The notes under the pieces are model-generated. The model saw only the letters and a list, made by a program, of their open reading frames with translations. It made no database searches and was not told the DNA's origin. A stretch of DNA of 60,874 nt, the filler included, from Dugesia japonica (Eukaryota): assembly GCA_001938525.1 (NCBI GenBank). It is 6 parts of 6 records of this genome, joined end to end, with 100 filler letters (N's around TTAATTAATTAA, not from the genome) between each part and the next. Parts side by side here need not be neighbours in the genome. Positions count along the whole stretch, not along the records: positions 10,821 to 19,084 come from MQRL01620961.1; positions 19,185 to 28,188 come from MQRL01264412.1; 4 more parts are not named here. The stretch is one strand, 5' to 3'. Below, in pieces: positions 14,401 through 25,806 of the stretch. Every line of letters starts with the position of its first letter. Within the stretch, counting starts at the first letter, position 1. A program made the translations under genes and the position numbers.

Positions 14401-15189
14401 TTCACTGAAATTTGTTTTTCGAATTTTCGGTCTTCATGAACAATATCGCAACCACCAAAATTAACTGAGGGTCGACAAATAAATAAATAGGTACTTTCTA
14501 ATAATATTCCTTGAAAATTATATATTGTGATGAAAATGATTTTGGAAATCAGAATATTTACCAGACAAATCGATTTTATTTGATTTTTCAAATATTATGA
14601 ACATTTTACATTGAGGATGGATTGCATTTTTTAATTTATTTCTGAAATTTCTCCACAATTTCTTCATTATTTCATTAGAAAAACTCAAAAAACCACATTG
14701 ATTTGTAAATAAATGAGCATTTAATAAGATTATCCATGTAGGCTCAGTAACAAGTTGATAAATCGTGGAAAATTTATCAACAGATTTATCAATATTAATG
14801 AAGGATAACANNNNNNNNNNNNNNNNNNNNNNNNNNNNNNNNNNNNNNNNNNNNNNNNNNATCTGATTCAGAGGCACAATTTATAATTACAGATTTTGTA
14901 GAGTTTTCAACTAGTCTATGATGATTCTCAATAATTTCAAGAGGACTGTCAGTACCTAAAACAAAGCAATAATTTTACTAAGATAAATAAGACCAACGCT
15001 TCTAAANAAGTTCTCCCCCCAAATATATATAATACTTATTATGATTTGTTAACAAACAAAATGTTTTAATTTAAGATTTTATAACTTTTATAATTTGATT
15101 CAAATTAATATTATTTTTAATAAATATTACATGATATTATGCATGCTTAACTCAAACCTTTTTCGGAGCTGCATTAAAAATTAAAAGAA

Positions 15190-15700
15190 TCACAACCATA
15201 TTTCACAACCTTCATTTTTTTGTCTCTTTTCTTTGTGAAATTCTTTATATACTTGATTCCATTCTTTTAAACGATTTTCATGTTCTCTTTCGTTTTTTGT
15301 CATTCTTAATCTTTTACGAAGATTCGTGACCTCATCATTATCTTTCAAACGAGAACCAACACGGACTTTTCTCTCTTTGCTAATTTTACCAAAGCTCTCG
15401 GCGAGAGAGGGGTTAATAATATTATTTAAGTCATGAATTAAATTAACATCTGCAATATGTAAATCTCTAATATTTGCAGACATGTATAGAATATCATGTT
15501 TTATTGCTGCTGGGTCGACTTGATTAAATGGTTACTATACTGATCTTGAAATTAATGTTTCTGAATCTAACCTAATATCTAATCTAGTACCTGAATTATG
15601 TTTAAACAAATTATATTTAAACAAATGTGTTCCCTAGAAAATATTCATTTGTAAACAGTTTTAATAAAATCTGTTATTTTAGAACATTATATATCGCTAC
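15190..15700 (-). pseudogene. Parvovirus-like phospholipase A2 (PLA2X) of Polinton/adintovirus type
   Basis: Extending ORF 15190-15483 upstream gives HLFKYN..HNSGTRLDIRLD...PFNQVDPAAIKHDILY...DLHIADVNL. This matches the GPGT.L..RL...PIN.VD.AA..HDI.Y...RH.AD PLA2 motif. Two stops and a short duplication disable it. Confidence 0.8.
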
Positions 15701-15974
15701 CACTATATTTTGTTCTCTGGCATATTCTATTAATACTAATTTACCGCCAGTTGTTCCCATTTCAATATGTTTTCTCCAAGATTTACCAATATATAATTTC
15801 TTTGAAATCAGCATCTTTTCGAACATTTTATCATACATTTTTAGTGTTTTAATGCAAAAATCGAAACTTTATTTCTTTAAAGAGAATTAAAATTCTTTTT
15901 AATAACAAAAATCACGTGATTGGCATGCCATGGATATCCTTTTTTCTGGTTTTCAATGGTACCCCAAATTTACC

Positions 15975-16128
15975 ATTACTATTAATATTATTATTATTAA
16001 TATTATTATTAATATTATTATTAATATTATTATTAATATTATTATTAATATTANNNNNNNNNNNNNNNNNNNNNNNNNNNNNNNNNNNNNNNNNNNNNNN
16101 NNNTAATATTATTATTAATATTATTATT
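15975..16128. repeat. Low-complexity (TAATATTATTAT)n tandem repeat running into gaps
   Basis: 12-bp unit repeated directly. Confidence 0.9.
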
Positions 16129-17627
16129 NNNNNNNNNNNNNNNNNNNNNNNNNNNNNNNNNNNNNNNNNNNNNNNNNNNNNNNNNNNNNNNNNNNNNNNN
16201 NNNNNNNNNNNNNNNNNNNNNNNNNNNNNNNNNNNNNNNNNNNNNNNNNNNNNNNNNNNNNNNNNNNNNNNNNNNNNNNNNNNNNNNNNNNNNNNNNNNT
16301 AATATTAATTATTAGACCTATCATTACTATGAATATTATTATTACAATAATTATTTTGAATTTAGCCAACCACTGAACAATAATTATTATTAATATTATT
16401 ATAATTATAGTTATCATTATGTATGGGCTAGAACACTCCAAAAATAATCAGGAAAGATGATGAGCACAGAAGTGCACCTTGAGCAAAAATGAGAAAATTA
16501 TCTCCGTCAGTTTATTAATGAAAATTGTAAATAAAAATTAAAAAAATCGAATTTCAAATAATATTTTGCTTTTTGCTTGTATCTTTTATTAAAAATTAGA
16601 TCTATTTGAAATGGTAAGAATAAAATCTTACAATCAATTGTGTTGTCAGGAGTATATATTAATAATGGTTTTAACGGGGAACACTTGGAAATATAATTTC
16701 CTAATGTTTCTATTCTATCAATAGATACAGTTAAAATATCTTCACCAAACACATGTGCAATAATCGATGAATAAATCTCTCTAGTCTACAACAAAACATT
16801 TCATTGATTAACTAATGATCAAATACATTTACTTTTATCGGATTGAGTAATCGCCAAACAACTGATTTTTGAAGCAATTCAGGTTGACTGCTAATGCTAA
16901 ATCCAGGCATTCTTGTAGATTTCAAGAATGGAAACTAAGGGAAATTTATTAATTAATTCATTAATAACAGAAATATTATCAACCTTGAAATATTCTTTCC
17001 ATAATTCTTCATTGTCTACAATTGACTTACTGAGACCAAGTAATGATGCTAGATTCGTTTCAATAACAAGAGATAAGTGCAACATCTAAGAATAATAGAT
17101 TGATAAACAAAGAGAATATTGTAATTTGTAACTATATGCTCAAATAATACCTTTTGAAAAATACGATATATTTATGTGTATTATATAAAAAAAACAATTC
17201 TGTTTCTACTAAATTAGAGTAAAAAAATTAAAATTACTATTTTTTTTCAATATCATTCTACATATGAAAATCAGAAGTTTACTAAAAATTAATATTATTA
17301 AAATATATTTGTAATAAAATCTCAATAAATACACAATTCAAAAATAAAATTGTCAAAAATTTTTTTGTAGTACCCAAACATTATCTGAAGACTTCCAATG
17401 AAATATTGAGTATTCATTAAATAAAAAAACAAAAGGTCCGACTATAGCTGCCGAATTAGCGAGGAAAAATTAAAATTGCTAATTATTTTTATTATTAATG
17501 ATTATAAATTAAGTTTATCAAGTATTTACACATGAATATAAAAATTTTTGTACAAAAATACTTGAGGTTTTATTTACATCGTTATATGAATGACTGTTGA
17601 CTTTGCAAAAAATTTTGCAACAAATAA

Positions 17628-17759
17628 ATAAATATCAAAATATTGAATTATGAATATTTGATAAATATTCAAATATTGAATTATGAATATTTGATAAATA
17701 TTCAAATATTGAATTATGAATATTTGATAAATATTCGAATATTGAATTATGCATATTTG
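17628..17759. repeat. 33-bp minisatellite x4 (ATAAATATTCAAATATTGAATTATGAATATTTG)
   Basis: Four near-identical units; this explains the spurious NYEYLINIQIL ORF. Confidence 0.92.
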
Positions 17760-19024
17760 ATTAGCGCCAAATATATATATATATATTCAAATATTTATGA
17801 AACTTTTATACAAATAAAAAGTAAATATGAAAAATTACATCTTTTGAAATTTTGTTATTTGTATGATCATGAATAAAATCAAGAGGATTTTGGGAATTTG
17901 CTACAAAAAATTGCTTAATATCTTGACATAGTAGCACTTGTTTAATGAAATTCTTCTCATTTTCAGAGAGATCTTCATTATTTTGAGCGTCATTAGTAAT
18001 ACTATCAATACAAAATTTCACTGTATATTCAATCAACTCCTGAGAATCCAACTTTGCGTCGAAGCCAGTGATAATCGACGCAAGAGTCGACTTATATAAT
18101 TTCTAAAAAAACGAAACATAATATATTATATCAAATTCATCAAAAATACTTGTAGAAATTCATCGGATATTTCAGCATCAACAGTTTCATGAACAGTTAT
18201 TGAACTGACTTCTTTTACTATTTGAAGCTTCATTTCATTTATAATTTCATTTAAACTAAATGTGCTATTATTTCCAATTTTTTTATTGAATTCTGTTTCA
18301 AATGGGAACATTTCAAAAATTTTCAATAGTAAACAAACAGCTTCTGATATGCTATGGAATTTTTCATTACACTCAATTATGGATTTATGTTTCTTTTTCA
18401 TCGAACTGCTCGACGAATCAAAATCGAGTAATTTACTGTCCGCAGATAAAATTGTAGAGTGAAAATTGCGAATATTCAATATCGAAGGTTGAACATCAGT
18501 TGATACTGCCTCTTGATCAATTGCAGGAAAATCCGTTTGAATAGATTTAAACATAGATTCAACAGCCAAATTTAAAATAACGTTCTAAAAATAATTAGAA
18601 TAATAAAATAATTAGAACAAGTTAATTAAAACGTAAGTTACAATACGAATTTGTCGTCGTCCTTGAAGTTGAAAGCATTTTAATCACGGCACTGATTAAT
18701 TCATAAAACGTTTGAAAAATTTAATATCAAATTTATAATTTTATAACAATGTTCAATATTAATAATAAAGTATTATTACATGTTCTGTTTATCCATCAAT
18801 TTCTACACAAATAATTTCCTTTGTTGTTTAATACAACAATTTATATATAAAAAATTTCTTAATCAATTACCTTTATCCATTTAATCTAATTTAATGTAAA
18901 TTTTAACCAATCAAAATTGATTTAAATCAAATTATTTTTTAGAATTTTAGGACTAGAATAAATTGAACAATTGTTCCTGATGAAGTTTATGTCGAAATAA
19001 TAATATTATTTTTAATAATAACAA

Positions 19025-19025
19025 C

Positions 19026-19084
<59 letters not shown>
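19025..19084. repeat. (TAA)n microsatellite
   Basis: Direct reading; similar arrays near 28289, 38680, 44053 and 48513. Confidence 0.95.
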
Positions 19085-19184
19085 NNNNNNNNNNNNNNNN
19101 NNNNNNNNNNNNNNNNNNNNNNNNNNNNTTAATTAATTAANNNNNNNNNNNNNNNNNNNNNNNNNNNNNNNNNNNNNNNNNNNN
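19085..19184. other. Artificial contig-joining spacer
   Basis: 44N-TTAATTAATTAA-44N. Confidence 0.95.
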
Positions 19185-19770
19185 TATATGCATGCATTAA
19201 ATTCACTACAGAAATGGAAAGTAAATTGTAAACTTTCTTTCCTTGATATATTAATAGCAAGACAATCTACAAAATTTTGTTGGATTTCATGAGAATAATT
19301 TATGTAAATATATTCAACAATATCATCTATAACTTTATCTAAATTCAATGTTGACAAAATGAAATATGTTGATTTTGTTTATTTTGACCATTGTGGCATC
19401 TGCATTGCTTATCCTTTGTTTTAATTGCATTCTTATTGAATTGTCGTTGTTTAACGCGTACCTGGAATACTCATGCTCTTTGTATACTTGCATTCATGTT
19501 GCATTGCCTTTTTTTACTTGCATTCGAGTTGCACATGTATGACTTATAGTTTCTGATGACTTGCATCTGTATTGCATTTTTTGTTGAATTTTCTTTATTG
19601 TATCTATAATGTATAGCCCTAAAGATGACTGGTACACGTTCCCAATCATTATTATAGCCATAAAGAGGGCTTATATACGTTCTCATATACGCTCAATCAA
19701 TATTTGTGGTCCTAAAGAGGACCGGTATACGTTCACATATATACATTTTTTCTTTTTATTTCGACATTAT
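19185..19770 (-). pseudogene. Unknown repeat-containing gene downstream of and co-directional with PolB copy 3
   Basis: ORFs 19471-19686 and 19133-19357; three ~30-bp internal repeats (ERxPVxFR) followed by recurrent ATGCAA motifs. Confidence 0.3.
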
Positions 19771-19871
19771 TTTCATAAATATAAAAGTTTAAAATATTAA
19801 CTAAAATAAAATTAAATCGTACCTTGGAGTAGATTGTATTGAGTTGGATTGATGTTTTATGATGAAAAGTA

Positions 19872-22800
19872 TTACAATGTATACTGCCCATATGTTAAAC
19901 TTAAATTTTTCTCTATTCATACTCGCTTATCATCCTTATTAGACAGCTACTTTCTTACTTTTGATAATGTAGAGCTCATGATTTTTCGATGTTATTCTAA
20001 ATAGCTCTACTGAGACCGTTTCATTATTATTATAACAGTCAAAGTATGACTGATGAGAAATGTCAGTGGTTTTTAATGTTGCATCCTAAGCTTTCATTAA
20101 TTCTTTCTCGCTAAGTAGGCTATAACACTTCGGTCTCAAAAATATCCATTCCTGATATTTCTTCCCTTTACTTATCCTTGAACTTTCCGATGACTGAATT
20201 TAAATTGTTGCTGTAAAGGGTATGGCTTGTGCTGTAATTAGACATATCTAATAGCTGATCCTTCATCATTAATCCGGTTAGTTTTTCCAAACTTATATTC
20301 ATCACTTCTAGGAAGAAACTATACGTATAGCTGGCTACTATATTTATCTTACAATTCTCTTCCTGTCTGTACATTTTCAACTCAAAGTACTTTAGTCGGT
20401 ACATTCTTAATTCTGATGGGTCTAGTGCAGTCTGTCCTATGTAGCTTGGTCGATCTAAACAAACAGTTTTTGTTCATTAAAACAGCTATTAGATCATCAT
20501 CAATTTTAGTTGTTTTTCTGAATACGGCTTTGGATGTATATGTCATCAATTTTTTAGCTAAATTACATAAGCACGGATTCATTCTTTTCTTGAAAGTTCG
20601 AAACTCTTTTACCATACAGGCTATTATTTAAAAGCTTATAATAATTCTTCTCCAACTCTGATTTACACCCTGATCTTAATTTAGTGTTAATATCTATATA
20701 TCGTATGAAAATAGATACCTCGCTGAATTTGACACCTCTGTGTATCTTTGTTATTTGTACACCCAACTGCAAATAAATTTGCAGCAATCTCCAGTGTATG
20801 AGATTATTTTCTTTTGGGTAATGAGTCAGCATTTATTTTTTCACCTTACTATATGGAGCACTTTGGTGTTCTGCTGCTACCGTTAAATCATACAGTTCAT
20901 CGTGGATTTCTGCTGGTATAACTATATATACCTCTAATGTGTATCTTTATAGTAATGAGTTAAGGTCCCCTGTTGTACATTCTTCCAAAGCGTCTTCTAA
21001 ATTTGAATAGACCCACTAAAAGTTCTTAAAGTACAACTTTTGACTTAATGCCCAACCATATAGATTGTTGACTTCGATATATAATAAATCGGTGTTTTCG
21101 TTACTAACAACATGATGTTTATTTACATAGTTAGCTCGCCTCTTATACCTCCTTAAAAAAGGTGTACATGTCATTATCGGTCAACAGTTCAATTGGCTCA
21201 TTTAACGACATCAATGCAGATTTCCAACTCATACTCGGGATATCAAAGATTGTTAATGGCTCTAAATTATTGTGTTCCAATGATTTATTTCTGAACTGTT
21301 GAAAGAAATCGGCTAACAGAAACACATTTAGTTTCAAACATAACAGCATATAATCTAATAGATTATTGCATTCTATTATAATCCACATTTCCAATGCCTT
21401 CTCATAATCTTGCTCACTAATTTCCTCCCATCTTAGTGGCATTGTTGTTTCAACCAAAATTTGCAAACTTGTTGCATAAATATAAGGAAATATCCCCTTT
21501 GACATTGTTATTCTGCTATCTTCATATTCATTTGTTGTCAAAGGTGTCTCTTACGGATTTGACTGCTGTCTCCAATGAAGAGTTAATAAATTGGTACACG
21601 TTAATAAATCTGATTGTAATTTCTTTCAGATGTCCAATGAAGCATAAGAATTTTCTGATGTTGTTGGTATGCATGATATGATCCAATATGGAAATTTATT
21701 TAATCCATACTTTTTTATGTGATAAAGGTAATATCCTTTCAAATTATGGAAGACTACTGGTAATTGATAATTGATTCTTCTGCTTAAATTACATTTATTA
21801 CAGGCTGCTCATATATACTTGCCTGTAAAATGGTCATGATCTCGAACTAAACTACTTAAAGGTATTTTTACACAAATGACATATTGTACTATGTTTAAAT
21901 TCCATTTCTTGGTCCGGGTTCATAATAAGTTTCTTTTTTCTTTAATATAATATAGATATACTATATTATTGCCAATTTCCTCCCCTACCTTAATAGAATA
22001 GCCAAGATACTATATATAAAACACTTATTGTCACTGTTCTGAATATTTAAAATTGCTTTTTTCCTATAAAGGTTGACTAGGGTAGGTATATAACTATGAC
22101 CAGATAATCTACTGATGTCTAATACTTTGATAATCTTAAAATTCATTTCCAGTATGTGACTCAGTATCCAACTTACCTGAGCTCGCTTCTTATAGCTATC
22201 TTCTCATTTAATTATTTTATTCCATCTTCGAAAAAGTATCTCTCAATGGAACAGCACGATTGAATAATTTGCAAGTTTTTGTTTTATCGTCTTTTTTAAA
22301 TTCCACATTGATCCAGAATTGGATCTTAACATTTTTTAATTCTTCAATAATTTTAAATAACTGCTCAATTAAGGATTTTGGTAAAATTATTTCTCTCGTA
22401 TTCCACCTTGAAACATTCATTTTAATATCTGGTGATATCTATATAAGTCACTTTCTACTATCACATCTTCATTGAAGAAGCCACCAACTTATGCTTCTTC
22501 TTCATCTTTAAAACTTTGCATAACATCTTCTTCATCCATTTCATGCATGATTTGAAAATTATCTCAAATATCTGAGGCTCCACCTTCATTTCTTCTTCTG
22601 AGATAACTATTTCATTTTATTTTCTTTAATGGGGTGCTATCGATCTCTTTATAATATCATCCTCAATAATTGTTTTTTATTTGTTGTAAACTGCCATAAG
22701 TGGTCTGCGTATAAATATTCGCCTATATCTATAGACCTACATGTTGGACATATGTAACACTTTTCCTCATAAACTCTGACCATAATATTTCTCCATAATA

Positions 22801-23300
22801 TTATGGCAGTCGCCTTTATGAGTCCAATTTGTACAATAATATTTGTCATTGTACAACATTCTAAAAAAAATTGTCTAACAATTGTCTAAAAATTTAACAT
22901 TAAATTAAAATAATGATTAAAGAATACCATTAAATTTAAAGATTTCCATACAATTTGTAGAAAATTATTAAAATTTCATTTAAAAATTAACATTAAACTT
23001 TAAGAATATTATAAAATTAATAAAAACTAACTTTTCTCATAAATAGGAGAATCCACTGGAGCAGCAACAACATGAGCAGCATAATTCTGTAATAATTAAT
23101 TTTAATAGCTATTAAAAAATAATAATAAATTTACTTTAATTAAACTCTTTCTATTGATTCCCATTCTTCCTTGAGTTGAATTATTATTATTTTCAAATAA
23201 ATAATATTATTATCTATTAAATAATAACAATAAATTTACATAATCCATCAATGAACTTGTCAAATCCATATTTTGATTATTGTTCATACTGTTTATAACC
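19872..23300 (-). pseudogene. Protein-primed PolB, copy 3, with apparent spliced 5' exons and N-terminal Zn finger
   Basis: VRDHDHFTGK, PVVFHNLKG, KGIFPYIY, KLNVFLLADFFQQFR, VNNLYGWALSQKL, KLLNNSLYGK (motif B), degenerate motif C, FLRPKCYSLL and DDKR. CYICPTC...H at 22649-22849 and short exons at 23030-23300. Confidence 0.9.
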
Positions 23301-23395
23301 TGAAAATAATTAATAATAATAGTAATAATAATGAACATAGTTAATTTATCTTTTCTTCGCTCAACAATGTTCTCAATTTGCTTTTATTTGTAATG

Positions 23396-23570
23396 TTATA
23401 ATTTTTGTGTTGGCTTTATCATTCAATCACTTTTTACAAGCGGCAATTTTGATACGTAAGTTTGTTATTTTTTCTATCTATTTTATAGATAGAAAAAATA
23501 ACAAACTTACGTATCAAAATTGTCGCTTTTAAAAAGTAATTGAATGAGAAAGCCAACACAAAAATTATAA
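23396..23570. repeat. Long hairpin: 86-bp arms, 3-nt loop, 4 mismatches
   Basis: 23396-23481 is the reverse complement of 23485-23570. Confidence 0.95.
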
Positions 23571-24450
23571 TCCATCACACATAATTGTAACACATTACTC
23601 TAAAATTACATTCTATCTCAAAACTTTCATTCAATCACAGTAAAATTCAAAGTAGTCATTAAATTTCTAATCCAGTACATAAAAATTATAATTCAACATG
23701 CTAAAGTTATAAAAATCAATAAAATTATTAAAAATTACATAAAAGTCAATAAAACATTTCAAACATTGCATATTTCAATATTCAATAATCTTCAAAGATT
23801 GCATAGAAGATATTAAAATTTCTAATTCAGCAGATAATAATTCAAACCAACAAGTTAAACTTATAATCCGTCACATTCAAAATATAGTTTATCACATTCA
23901 AATTTCTAAGTCAATGCTTTAAAATGACATTTCATTACATAAAATTATAAAACAACACACGGAAATTTCTTAGTCAACTTTTAAAATATAGGATTCATTA
24001 TTAAAAATGAACACTTGAAGGTGGAGAATAATCACTTTGTCAATGAAAATCATAGTTTCATCACAAAACATAGACACTTCATAGAATTTACAGATATCAC
24101 CATGATAAATATACGAGTCATTATAGAAAATTAGAGACAACTACATAGCAGTTATATAACTCGTCATTAAAAATACATCTTTCATCATAAACCTTAGAAT
24201 TCATAAGATTTTAAGGTAAGAATTTATTAGTTTAAATTTAATAAGAATCAAATTTTACCAGCTTAAAATTCATAAAAATCAAAATTTAAAAAACATTTTA
24301 AAATTAATACAAATTAAAATTTATCAGCTTGAAATTAATGATGCAAAATTTAACAGCTTCAAATTTAATATGAATCAAAATTTATCATTTAAAAATTGAT
24401 CATTTTAGAATTAATTAACTTATATATTAATGTTTTTAAAATTTTAATTA
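23560..24450. repeat. Degenerate periodic AT-rich array (about 20-bp then about 30-bp units with AAAATT cores)
   Basis: Recurring AAAATT..A.TCA motifs and AAAATTTA.CAGCTT.AAATT units. Confidence 0.45.
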
Positions 24451-25806
24451 ATGCTTTTTAAAATTGATTTGTGGTTAATCATATGAATTAAAATATTTTC
24501 GACAATTATTTATAATTAAATAATTGTTTTAGCATATTAATTAAATATAACTGGAATAAAATAATTTCATATTATTTCATTCTTATTTCGCCATTTTAAC
24601 AATATCAAATAAGATTTTTATTTACTTGGTTATATTATTAATTTTATTTTAGATTTTTTAGGAAAACTTATTATGATTGATGATAGATATAATATGAAAA
24701 TTTATTGTGATCAATGTTATGAAAGCTTATATCAATGTTATTATAAAATTTTATAAACTATCAAAATAAGTAAGGATTTATTTTTATTTAAATAAAATGT
24801 TAATGATTTTCTTTAATTGCAATAATTTTCGTAATGGTTTTATTATAAGTTAACAATTTTTAAAATTAATAATTTCTTTTCAGTTAATACATTTATTTTC
24901 AGATAATAATTGTATACGTTATGAATTCTTAATGATATGATTAAAGTTATTGAAAATATAGTAACTTATTCGAATTATGATCATTGTTATGAACTTTGAC
25001 AAATAGTAAGGATTTATTTTTGGTTTAAATTAATTGGTAATAAATTTTTTTATAAACGGTAATGTTTTTCTTTAATGATTTAACTTAATAAAGTTTTAGT
25101 AATTCTTTTCTTTAATAATTTAATTTAAAGATTTATTTAATAACAGTTGACTTTGAATTCTTTACCATTTGGCGGATCTGTGTCTAGCCAAATATTTGCG
25201 GTGACTACTAATTGTTTTTATCTTATTAAGGTTATACAGTTGTAGCCATGTATATTTGAGACTAAATGTGTACGATCGGAAGCATTGCTGTCAGAGATAC
25301 ACATACTGTAATCGAGTTTAGTCTAGTTAAAAATATAGAAGTTGATCGATAAGTTCAATTATGCACGGACTTGATTGGATGCTAAGTTAGCATTTCTAAC
25401 GGACCATGATGGATTGGCTCCGTTGGACTGTACATGTCGGAGGAGGTAATATAATGGTATGGAATTCAAACAAAACTGTTATTGAAACAATGCATGAAAA
25501 TATTTTTAATGATATTATTGATAATAATTTTACTTAGAATACAAATAATATACTGATTTCATTAAGAGTTATTATTTGTTAAGTTAAATTAATGAAATGT
25601 TAAGTAAAAAATTAATTTAGTTTAAGTATATTTTAATTATTTGTTAAGTAAAATTAATTAAATATTAAGTTATTTTTAATACAAAATTAAGTATTTTTAA
25701 TAAAATATTAAGTAAATTAATCATAAAGTAGAAAAAATAAAAAACACAAGTTAAGAAATAATTTTTTAAGTCAGTAAAAAAAAGTTCAAGTTAATTTTAG
25801 CTTTTA

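Larger units (their letters stand above)
11450..18880 (-). pseudogene. Large multi-exon host-type gene of unknown identity, probably pseudogenised
   Basis: More than 15 exons joined by short GT-AG introns with consistent phases, e.g. ...DEFLQ|KLYKST...SKD|MLHLS...EYFK|FPFLK...NPIK|TREIY; DLS|GILLE...PIR|EFLNG...TT|SAPVN...ILL|IFVPPTEHLF...QECW; FF|WKFIDGD. Several in-frame TAA/TGA/TAG and apparent AG-to-AA acceptors. Confidence 0.65.

Noticed and set aside
15900-15965. Helitron Rep motif (GTIENQKKGYPWH)
   Set aside because: Weak match to E.Q.RG.PH.H with no other Rep or helicase motifs.
17628-17759. CRISPR-like array
   Set aside because: Contiguous 33-bp units with no unique spacers, eukaryotic context, no cas genes.
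18126-18569. Ciliate-type TAA=Gln code
   Set aside because: Long exons use CAA for Gln with no TAA, and all three stop types plus splice lesions occur, which favours decay.
11450-18880. Assigning the gene to a named family such as EPG5 or listerin
   Set aside because: No diagnostic motif recognised.
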